Source: Trichodelitschia bisporula (taxonomy: Eukaryota). Taken from it: 64,000 bases of DNA. The translations under genes were made by a program, and so were the position numbers. This document shows positions 12,055-21,948 of the stretch, piece after piece. The stretch is taken from assembly GCA_010356995.1 (NCBI GenBank), contig ML996691.1, positions 502,174 to 566,173 on the forward strand, written 5' to 3'. How positions within the stretch are numbered: position 1 is the stretch's first letter; each line of letters opens with the position of its first letter. Under the pieces are notes generated by a model, which did no database searches, was not told the DNA's origin, and saw only the letters and a program-made list of their open reading frames with translations.

Positions 12055-13479
12055 CTACAGGTACTTTTTGGGGGCCGAATCTCTCCTTCGCCGGTACACC
12101 ACGTAGCTCGCAAGCAGCATGACTTGGAAGGCAAGTACGATGAAGACAAAGAAGCCCATGCGCGGACTCGAAGCTTGCACCACTGTTACAGTTAGCATGG
12201 GGGCCATACTAGGACTTGATTGTGCTTACATGAATGCACAGTATGCGGTACGCCGACCAGCATCGCCTGGTGACCCTCCTTGATGGCATCATGTAGCTGC
12301 GTCAGGTGCTCACGATAGTCTTTTCCCTCGACGTCGCGCTTGATGGCCTCAACGGCATGCTCGACGCGTTCGACAGCCCTTCGGGACGCATCCGCGTGAT
12401 CATGCACTGGGCGGATCCACGTCATCAGTTCCTCATGGCGGGCCTCGTACTGCGACTTGAGCAGCGTCAGATCATGATAAAGCGTATCCAGCTGATGGCC
12501 CATGACCGTCAGCCGGCTGTGCAGGTCCTGGAACTTGTCGGCTTCCGTCTTGTATGACGACGCAGGCGCATCCTTGATGTGCTCCTCCTCAGTCGTCCAG
12601 TGCCATCCTTCCCCAGCATCATCCTTGGCGGCATGGTCCTGCTCATGAAGCACCTGCTGCGCCTCCTTCTGCCAGTTATGCTCCTCATGATGGTGGGTGT
12701 CAATCTTCGAGACGAGCAGACTTTTGGTCTCGAAAGAGTCAGGGTTCTCCGCCGAAGCTGCCGTGATGCCAAAGTAATAGCCAGCGGGCAAGTGAATCTG
12801 CCAGGTTAGAAAGATGATAAGAAAGGGCGAGTATACATACCCTGCCTGTCTTGAAGCATGGCTTATGGTCAATCTCCACCTCAAAGGAGGCATAGTCTTG
12901 CTTGACCGAGAGATGCGAAAACCGACCGAGATTGCGGTACGAGAAGTCACAGGATGCAAAGGCAAGCTGGTCAACGTGGTGGTGGTCCTTGAACGAGACG
13001 CTTCCATCGTTCAAGAAGGCACGGAGGGTTCCCCCATGCCCGCCATACTGGCTGACAACCAGCACCAGGCCGTCAAAGGCAGCGACGGTGTACAAGCTCG
13101 ACGTGCCAACCACCTTCTTTCCATCCTTGGCAAACCAAAGCTGCATATTTCCTGTTCCATGGTCCGGCCCTGACGCTCTAAACTCCATCTCGGCATGCCA
13201 TTCGGTCTCCGTCTCCGCGTGGTCCGCCCATATTGCACCACGCTTGTTTCCTGGATAGGGAGGGGTCAGGATGATGCGATCTGAAAGAACCTCCGGCGTG
13301 TACCCTTCGCCCAGTAGAGTCCAGCCGGGGACATGGTGGTGGTCGGGCGACCAAATGGCTTCATGGTGGCCAAAGCTCAGGTCATCAACAACGGGTTCAT
13401 GGCCATAGGATTTGCCAGCTACGAGACGAGCCACCGACGCGAGGACAAGAAGACCGAAAGGAGTCCGAGGAATATACAT
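12055..13479 (-). CDS. EMP47: L-type (legume-like) lectin cargo receptor, Emp47/ERGIC-53 family (3 exons)
   Basis: Signal peptide; lectin domain (IILTPP..GAIW, FDGL, YFGITAAS..PDSFE); coiled-coil stalk; last exon encodes a TM helix and tail YRRRRDSAPKKYL* with a KKxx motif. Confidence 0.88.
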
Positions 13480-13724
13480 TGCACTGCGCAATGGGGTATC
13501 ACTGTTTAGATGTCAGTTCGCGGGGTCGACCGCGGAGGGGAGGAGCAGGGGAGACAGACAATGGTGAAGCAAGAAACTGTACAAAGGCTCCTATTCTCCC
13601 GCGCGGGCCGCTTATCCTGCGCGCCACCGAGTTGTGGCTGCGAAAAACACGATATGTAAAAATGAGCGTTGAATTTGCAGAGCATGCGCAAAGATCATAG
13701 TTTAAGAATGGTGTCCAAACGGGA

Positions 13725-14003
13725 CAGCTGTCAGCTAGAACAGCTGGCCTCCAAGGTATAGATTAACCGGTAAAAAGTCCGTGCTGTGGCTGGTTTCCGG
13801 GTTGTGTTAGAATAGAAGGGCATGAAACGGTTAGGGAGAGAGAGAGAGGAAGAGAGTAGGCTCTCTATGGCCGTGTGCACGGAATACGATACTCTCTCCC
13901 TTTATCGTCTTCGAAAGCGGAACAGAGTTAAGGATGTGATATCATGCTGTATAGACGTGAAGTTTGTGGTTCTTGAGCAACACAACCGTCAATGCGAATC
14001 ATT
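13725..14003 (+). ncRNA. Candidate structured non-coding RNA (unassigned)
   Basis: Nested helices GGTTGTGTT/AACACAACC, GCATGA/TCATGC, AGGGAGAGAG/CTCTCTCCCT, internal hairpins and a CAGCTGT/ACAGCTG hairpin. No family motif confidently matched. Confidence 0.35.
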
Positions 14004-14285
14004 ACTAACCAACTCCTCCCCTCCCCTACCCAAACCCATGCGTCATTTCGTCTCAGTTGATCTCATTCGTCATTCAACAAAATCGTGGGGAAAGGTTGTT
14101 CCAGAAGAGTGGCTTGATCCTCCCGTCTCGGATGTGGCTGGTGATTTCGTCCTGTCAGAACCGTGGCTGGTGCCTGACCCTTCTTCTTGTTGGACAGCGG
14201 AGAATTCGACAATCTGAAAGCCTCCCCCAGTCTCAACTCACTAAACCACCCAATCCTCGCGGCACCTCCTCCCGCGCCCTTCACC

Positions 14286-15362
14286 ATGTCCAATCCCTTC
14301 TCGAAAAGCTTCCAGGAGCTGCAGCGGACTCTCGAAAATGCCCAGCAGCAGGGCAGGCGGTTTGGCGGCGGCGGTGGTGGAAACCCGAGGAACGCTATAG
14401 GCGGCCTGGTTGGCCTGGCCTTGGTCGGCGGCGGTGCTGTCCTCTTCAACAATGCTCTCTTCAACGGTGAGTTCAACAGTTGCTGCTGCTTTGAAGCAGG
14501 CTAATAGTCATCTAGTGGAGGGTGGTCACAGAGCAATCAAGTACACGAGGGTGGGTGGTGTTAAGAAGGAGATCTTCAGCGAAGGTAGGTCCCCGCTTCC
14601 ACTCGCATGTACTCCCCTCACAGCGTAGGAACCCACTTCCGCATTCCATGGTTCGAGACAGCGATTACCTACGATGTCCGCGCCAAACCGCGCAACGTTT
14701 CCTCCCTTACCGGCACAAAGGACCTGCAGATGGTGAACATCACCTGTCGTGTGCTCTCACGGCCGCGGGTTGATGCGCTTCCACAAATCTACCGCACGCT
14801 CGGTACCGACTACGACGAGCGCGTGCTGCCATCCATCGTCAACGAAGTGCTCAAGAGTGTGGTGGCACAGTTCAATGCCAGCCAGCTCATCACACAGCGT
14901 GAGAACGTTAGCCGCCTCGTCCGGGACAACCTTGTTCGGCGCGCTGCGCGCTTCAATATTCTCCTGGACGATGTCTCCCTGACGGTATGACGAAACGCCA
15001 TCACTCAGGTTTACGCTAACAGCTACCAGCACCTTGCCTTTTCCCCCGAGTTCACAGCTGCCGTCGAGGCGAAGCAGGTAGCACAGCAGGAGGCTCAGCG
15101 GGCGGCATTCGTGGTCGACAAGGCGCGCCAGGAGAAGCAGGCCATGGTAGTCCGGGCCCAAGGTGAGGCCCGCTCGGCCGAGCTCATCGGCGAGGCCATC
15201 AAGAAGAGCCGCAGTTACGTCAGCCTCAGAGAGTTTGAAAACGCTCGGAACATCGCTCAAGTGCTCGAGCGCAGTCAGAATAAGGTGTACTTGGATGCAA
15301 GCGGTCTGGGGCTAAACATCTCGGAGACGGCGAGCGAAAAGGCGACGAGAGCGAGCAAGTGA
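14286..15362 (+). CDS. PHB2: Prohibitin-2 (4 exons)
   Basis: [91 protein letters not shown]. Confidence 0.97.
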
Positions 15363-15744
15363 GCGTGTAGATGACATTACCTAGCAGTAGCGCAGCGTTA
15401 GCCAATAACTGGACAAATTCCGCTCCTGTATTTGTACAAACACTGCTTCCTCTGCAGCAGTCCCGAGAAAAGCACTGGGTACGCGATGATGACAGTCACA
15501 GCCCGTTATTGCCGTCGCGGCGCGCAATCGGCATCTTCGTCCGCTCCTGCACGGTACCCGTTTAGGGCCCCTGATTACGCAATGCCACCGGCCGCAGTCG
15601 TCACTGCCCCTCATTACCCTCTATATTTGAGCATACCCCGCCTTAACCGACGCGGGTGGAGAAGCGCGGCAAATTCACTCCTTGCCTTCCTTTCCCCAAC
15701 AATACAACTTGCCAATTTCTTTCATTTCTAGGACTTCGCAGACC

Positions 15745-16531
15745 ATGGCATCGCACCCACCCCAGCAGTGCTGTACCATTGGCGTCAAGCACGAAGGTGA
15801 AGCTTCAGGCGAGATCACCACTATTGGCGGCAGTAAGTTGCGCCCTGTCAAAATTTACAGGCGTTGCTAATCACGAGGCAGTTGAGACTTATGTCGTCTA
15901 CCCTAAGGATAAGAGCACGGCCAACGCCGTGCTCCTCCTGACCGACGTCATCGGACACAAGTTCATAAACGCGCAGCTCATCGCCGACCAATTCGCAGCC
16001 AATGGCTACTTTACAGTCGTGCCGGATATCTTCGAGGGCGACCCTCTCCAGCTGAACCGACCCGCCGATTTTGATTTCAATGCATGGCGGAGCAAGCATG
16101 GCGTCGACAAAACTGAACCAATCGTCCACACCATCATCAAGGAGCTTCGTGGCTCACTGGGCGTTATGCGTATCGGCGGAGTTGGATACTGCTTTGGGGC
16201 CAAATACGTCGTCCGCAATCTGGAACCCGGTGCGATCGACGTAGGATACCTTGCGCACCCTAGCTTCATCGAAGCGGATGAGGTCAGGGCGATCAAGGGG
16301 CCGCTCAGCATTGCCGCTGCCGAGACCGATCAGATCTTCCCGCCGCCGAAGCGTCATGAGACGGAGGAAATTCTCCTGAAGTTGGATGTGCCGTACCAGA
16401 TCAGCCTGTACTCTGATGTCCAGCACGGGTTTGCCGTTCGTGCTGACATCACGCAAAAGCGGGTGAAATTCGCCAAGGAGCAGGCCTTCTTCCAGGCCGT
16501 TGCGTGGTTTGACGCATTCCTGAAGGAGTGA
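15745..16531 (+). CDS. Dienelactone hydrolase family protein (AIM2-like; 1 intron)
   Basis: MASHPPQQCCTIGVKHEGEASG N-terminus, GYCFG nucleophile motif, AAAETD and HGFAVR catalytic Asp/His. Confidence 0.93.
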
Positions 16532-16686
16532 GTGGCTCGGAAGGGGAGGGTCGAAGCCCTGCTTTCAGGAATAGAGGTTGACCAGTTCAGTAATGCCAAA
16601 GAATCAAATCTGTAGGAATAAGCGTATGTCCTTACGGGAAGTGCTGGTGTCTTGCACTTGCACTATCAATTCACATGTCTGCATTT

Positions 16687-17789
16687 CTACTCTTCCTCAA
16701 TTCTGCTTTCGCGAATTAGGAAGGCGTCAACGTCGATTGGGCTTTCCATGCCGACACCATTTGCCACAGCCCAGGCCCGGACTCTAGCCCTGTTCACTAT
16801 GTGGCTGTATTCGTCTCCAGTGCAGGGTTCCATGATGCGCATATGCTTGAGGGCCGAGATTACGTCCTCGGGAAGAATGTAGGTCTCCTCGCTAATCGCA
16901 CGAAGAGTGGTAGACTCCCCTTCTGGTAGTGTGGCCATGTAGCGAGCGATCACCCCCGACCAGTAGTAGACGTACGCCCGCTTTCCAAGCTCGGAGAGGG
17001 CTGTAACTTGTTGTCAGTGCGTCGGAGTACAGCGAAGGGGCAGCCTCACGCTTCTCCGGACCACCGAGCCTTCGCTCCCGTTTGCTAAGCTCATAGCTGA
17101 CACCCATCAAGATCTGTCCGTAGCCACGCCGCTGCCACGGGGGAAAGACCAATATACACGCAACGTTGTTATTGTCCCAGCTCAGCTTCTCCTTGCTGAA
17201 GAAGCCAACAACTTGGGGACTGGGCGGGTCGAGCGCAGGATCATTAAAAACTAGGAGATAATAGCGGAACGTGGTCACGTCATAGAAGACGGACTTATTG
17301 TCCAGGAATAGCTTGGCGAAGAGAGAGAGGTTTTGGGCATAGAGCTGTGGTGGTACCATGTAAGCATTTGAAACTTCGACGACGAAGAAGGCTACCTTGT
17401 GCTCGTCGCCGTCGACCTCGTAGATTGTGAAGTGCTCTTTGTGATATATGGGATCACCCAGTATCGGCATGTCACGATACTGACAGAGGCGCTACATCCG
17501 TTAGCAATAACTAAGAATATGCATTTTTTGTGTCACTCACCGTGTGGTCGATGTAGGGTACCAAATTCTGAGTGTATTTGAAGCACCATTGACAAACATA
17601 TAGACGGTCAAGAACTTTGCCAACCAGCTCCTCCGAGTAGAACGATGGATACCACGTGTTTATCCAGAGGTTACCCAGGACGACCTCCTTGACATTGGGT
17701 TGCATTGCGGGCTTGGAAATTGATGTCGGGGAGCGCGTCCGTCCGTTGAAGGGTGATGAATCATGCTGGCCGTTTGTGGTTTTCGCCAT
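16687..17789 (-). CDS. SAS2: MYST-family histone acetyltransferase, Sas2-like (4 exons; start uncertain)
   Basis: WYPSFY, C2HC finger CQWCFKY..HT|RLC, EVDG, QNLSLFAKLFLDNKSVFYDV, GFFSKEK, NNVACILVFPPWQRRGYG, GGPEKPLSELG. Confidence 0.88.
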
Positions 17790-18215
17790 CACGGTAGAGC
17801 TCCAGAGATATCGATAGGTGTTCAAGAGGCCTGTCTATCACAGCTACAGTAATGCTCATAAAGCTATCAAGGTGTATGTTGGTAACGAAGGCCGTTCGCC
17901 CTGACGATGGAGGTTCTTGGCCTGTGAATTGGGGGATCTTGAAGGGTTGGCCATTAAGGCTTGGCGCGAGCATTGTCTTCGCCAAACCTCCAACGTTGAC
18001 TCTACCAGAAACGTCTCGTCGCCTGCCTTATCACCGTTTGTGTAAAGTTCTGTCCCGACTACACTTCCGGGCCACTGTCAGAGGAATAAATAGTACATGC
18101 GCTATTCATTAATCATCAACATCGGACGCTCTTCCTGTATCAAGACACTCCATCTTTCGATCCCAGATACCACCACCACCCCTTGCGCTGAGCGTTCAGA
18201 ATCGTCTTCCGTCTA

Positions 18216-19402
18216 TCACGTCGTGACCACAGGAGAGTATTCCTTCTTACTGACATGAAGGCCAGCAAAGATCGCGTCACTACCTGTATCCCTATCAGAG
18301 CTGAAATGCAAAGCCGAGCTCGCACTTACCGCCCAGACCTTCAATGCGTATCTGGCCCTCGTTTTCTAACGTTTCAAGTTCTTCCTGTGGCGTCGCCTTG
18401 CTCTGCTTCTCATCTTCCTTTGTCGGCTCAACGGCATGCCCGAACCCATTCTGCGCTTCGCCGATCAGAAGAATTTGGGCGTTTGGGTAGTCCAGAAAAT
18501 TAGCTTCGGGAATCGGCATCCAACTGAGCCTGCCGAACTTTTCCAAAAGTTCAGGAGGGAATTCAGACCCTTTTGGAAGTCGGGCGTTTGCTGGACCGCC
18601 AGACTTTGGGTTCTTGACTTATGACAAAGCTGCCCTTCTGGGACAGTCCTAAGTCGTCTTGAAGCTCGCCGACCTCGGAGGGAACGGTCAGCATATAGGC
18701 GAGATGCGATGACCTCCCGGTGGTCGTTAGAGCATGAACGCCTTCTGCGACTGGTTTGACTGGAGGCGTCTCCCGCATTCCTCTAGTCTTGGTTTCCTTC
18801 TCGTAACCCCTGAAAAAGTTCACCTTGAGCTTCTCCATCGATTGCCCCGCCTTCTCCACAAATGCCATAAACCTGTTTCGGCCACTCGTTGGGAGGACCT
18901 TTTTCGGCAGAGCGATGAGGCGGCAGGTTCTATGGTCCTGTATAGGACCCTTTCCTAACTCAGCTCCGGAGGGAATGGGTCGGAGAACAATGTAGGAGGG
19001 CTGAAGGTCCTTGGCACTCTCAGGTTCTTCAACGCCGACCCGTCCACGTGTGAAGAAGTAGATAAGGCCCTTTTCTACGATGTTTGACGGCTGGGCCTCC
19101 TCTCTACCTGCGTCACTCTTCACAGCACCTCCGCCTTTGCGGATGTTAGTCCTTGACTGCTGAAGTCCACAGACCTTCGACATACTGGACTTTGGCTTTG
19201 CTTTAGTTGGACTCTTTTTCTCCGCGTCTGTCGCCGCCTGACCGCTATGCGCCTTTGAACTCTTATGAGCCTTGTCTTCAGAGGCAGCTTTGCTCTCGGG
19301 CTTGCGCTTGGAACCAGCTTTCGCTGCACCGTTCTCGTACTGCGGCTCAGGTTTGGCGTCCGACTCGGCAGCCTTGCGGGCGGAAGCGCGTGTGGTTGGC
19401 AT
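18216..19402 (-). pseudogene. Conserved fungal hypothetical gene (often auto-annotated 'BTB domain transcription factor'), disrupted by a frameshift near 18618
   Basis: EKGLIYFFTRGRVG..SYIVLRP..KKVLP..RFMAFVEK..SHLAYMLTVP..GSFVIS is in one frame. The continuation KNPKSGGPANARLPKG..FLDYPNAQILLIG is in another frame with no intron between them. Confidence 0.65.
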
Positions 19403-19627
19403 TTTTTCGACGCGTTTCGGAGAGGGGATGCAAGCAAAAATGATGCGTGCCGGTTCAATTGCAGTTAGTGTTAGGAAGAACGAAAGGCGATGTACTGAGG
19501 AGTGGCATGACGTCGATACGATAGACAGATCACGTGTCATGATATGTATGCATTGAGTTGACGTAATACTCAGGTTCTGTCAAGATTGTGAACTATCTCA
19601 ATGCTGGATATCCTGAGATAAAGCGCC

Positions 19628-20599
19628 CTATGGGTCCATGCTGCTCATGAAAGCTTCGATGGCCCTCCTTACACCCGCAGGGCTAGGCTGCTCCGCACAT
19701 ACGTGAGGTTGGAAAGCGAACTCTTGCAACAAGTAGTCGCGTGTTGTGGGGCCGATTGTAGCAACGAAGGTTGACGCCTGCTGTGAGTGCGCGCGAGATC
19801 CCTCGCTCCCGCCGATGACTTTTCCACTGTTTGGGTCCAGGAGACCAAGAACGGTAAGCATGGCCTTACAGCCAGTTGGGGAAAAGACAACTGCCCATCG
19901 CACCCGCCCGCCCTCTATCTCCGTTTCGGTCAGCAGTGATGCGAAGCTCGAGCCAAATGACTCCTTCTCTTTCGTCTCATATACTGTCCATTCCTCTACA
20001 CCGATTCTTTCGGTCGTCTCCAGAGCCTCTGATTGCAAAGTTTTGGGAATCATGTCTCTCCGTTGCTCCCCAACAAGGAAGAGGAGTGGAGGTTTGTCCG
20101 GATTCACAGCCCGGGTGGATTCTTGCTGGTTGTAATGTTCCAAGATAAAAGCTGCAAGAGCTTCTCCATTTCCAGTTTCCTCGCCAAGAATGGGGCACCG
20201 CAGCTTCAAGGCTCGTAGGGCTCGGGCGGTTGCCGGTCCTACGACGTACAATGGGCATGTTTCCGGTAATAACACGTCGAGGTCCAGTTGCGGTTGGCAC
20301 TTGATCTCTTGAACAACCTTCGAAAAAGCCTCAACCGCCCTCTGGGATGTAAAAATGATCCCTCCGTACCTCGGCGCATGTGGAGGGTCTTCCGAGTGTA
20401 GGCCACCTCTAAGGATGAGATGGCGAATTTGCAGCAAGGAGTTGTTTTGAAACTGATGCTCGAGAACAGGAACAAAGATCGGAAGGAATTGCCCTTCGCC
20501 AGCGCCTGAGAAGCACTCCTCATATCCGTCCGCGGGCTGCGATCTAGTCTTCAGAAGGAAAACGGGAATTTTGGATCTTGAAGTTGAAGTTGAAGTCAT
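19628..20599 (-). CDS. HEM4: Uroporphyrinogen-III synthase
   Basis: PVFLLKT..DGYEE, GGIIFTSQRAVEAF, VVGPATA, GNGEALA, LLFLVGEQRRD, VYET, VVFSPTG, ATIGPTT. Confidence 0.93.
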   Translation of the reverse strand: MTSTSTSRSKIPVFLLKTRSQPADGYEECFSGAGEGQFLPIFVPVLEHQFQNNSLLQIRHLILRGGLHSEDPPHAPRYGGIIFTSQRAVEAFSKVVQEIKCQPQLDLDVLLPETCPLYVVGPATARALRALKLRCPILGEETGNGEALAAFILEHYNQQESTRAVNPDKPPLLFLVGEQRRDMIPKTLQSEALETTERIGVEEWTVYETKEKESFGSSFASLLTETEIEGGRVRWAVVFSPTGCKAMLTVLGLLDPNSGKVIGGSEGSRAHSQQASTFVATIGPTTRDYLLQEFAFQPHVCAEQPSPAGVRRAIEAFMSSMDP

Positions 20600-20969
20600 G
20601 TCGTCAGCAGCGGAGGGCCTGAGTAAGGAACAGTCAGTGAACAGACAGTACTGAGGTTGTGTGGGTGCGCGAATGTTCCTGCATAAGCGTGTGCAAGGGC
20701 ATCGACTACATATGTTGGGACACTGGCTCAACCTACTTGGGGATTCTGGAGAGGTTAGGACGTGATGTCCTCCTTGGCATCTTACGTAACCACTATCGCC
20801 GGAGGTTTGCCCTGGACGCCGCTGGCTAGGATCATCCTCCGCCAAGGGCGCGCCGAACTCGCCCCAACTTCACCTCCTTCTGCAGCGTAGCTCTCCACAC
20901 ATATCCTTTTTCTGGGCTTGAACGTCTGCTCCCGAATCTTGAATCGTATTAGAGTCTGGTCATTTCAAT

Positions 20970-21595
20970 ATGTCAACCCAACCATCCAATCCTCCGGGCG
21001 GCCTCCCATCAAACCCTACCAAAGACTATGCGCCGAAGAAACTACCTAAGGGAGTTGTCCTGGGACCCGATGGGAAGCCGTAAGCCGTCATTGTCTGCAG
21101 CTTCTTCATGTGGCCTGTCCCTAACTGACTACACCTAGATGTCGATCGTGTACCTCCTTCGCCTCTTGGGCCGCCATGACTAAGAAGCAAACTTCGAACT
21201 CCACCAGCACCTCGACAACAAGTAGCACCACACAGCTTCAGCCGCCACCAGACTGTCCCCCAGATGTCGAGCAGCTTGGACGCTCGTCGTGGACCTTACT
21301 CCACTCAATCGCTGCTACCTATCCTGAAAAGCCGAACCCCACACAACAGCAAGATGCGCGACAATTTATCTCATCCTTTTCTAGGCTATATCCATGCCAT
21401 TGGTGTGCGACGGATTTTCAAAAGTGGATGAAATCGGCTGAACATGCCCCGCGAGTGAGCTCACGGTCTGAGTTCGGACAATGGCTGTGCGAGGCGCACA
21501 ACGAGGTGAATGCTAAGCTTGGAAAGGACTTGTTCGACTGCACACGGTGGGAGGAGCGTTGGTGCACAGGCTGGAAGGATGGACGATGCGATTGA
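20970..21595 (+). CDS. ERV1: Mitochondrial IMS FAD-linked sulfhydryl oxidase (1 intron)
   Basis: GVVLGPDGKP|CRSC shuttle motif, CPPDVEQLGRSSWTLLH, YPCHWCA redox CxxC, WLCEAHNEVN. Confidence 0.95.
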
Positions 21596-21948
21596 TATCA
21601 TCAACTTTCGCATCATCAAGTAAGCTTAGCTGGGAGCTTCTGGCGCCCGCTTAAGGTTGAGCGCCCAGCCTCGAAGTTTTACCATATCCTGGAGATTCAG
21701 AACTGTAAGAGTAAGGCTGGGCTATATATTCCGCTCCGTTACCATAGGTCAAAGACCCGAAATATGTCAACTAGTAGCACAGTTAACACTACCGGGCTCA
21801 TGGTTCGTCCCTTTGTCTCGGCCTCGGTTTGTGTGTGTATGACTTTACGTCTCGCCAATGAACTATGAAATTCACAACTACTCAATTTAAAACTAAGATA
21901 CTATCCGACATTCCCAAGGAAATGAACCTCCAGTCACCCACGCCTCCA

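Noticed and set aside
13829..13836. CCCTAACC on the minus strand as a telomerase RNA template
   Set aside because: The interval is only ~800 bp between divergent genes, the motif is buried in a stem, and no pseudoknot or convincing P6/P6.1 is seen.
13870..13890. TGTGCACGGAATACG resembling the 5' end of U4 snRNA
   Set aside because: The similarity does not continue into the kink-turn stem-loop or Sm site.
21560..21570. Extra Cys in ERV1 (WEERWCTGW)
   Set aside because: A single substitution outside the redox motifs. It cannot be distinguished from a neutral change or base error.
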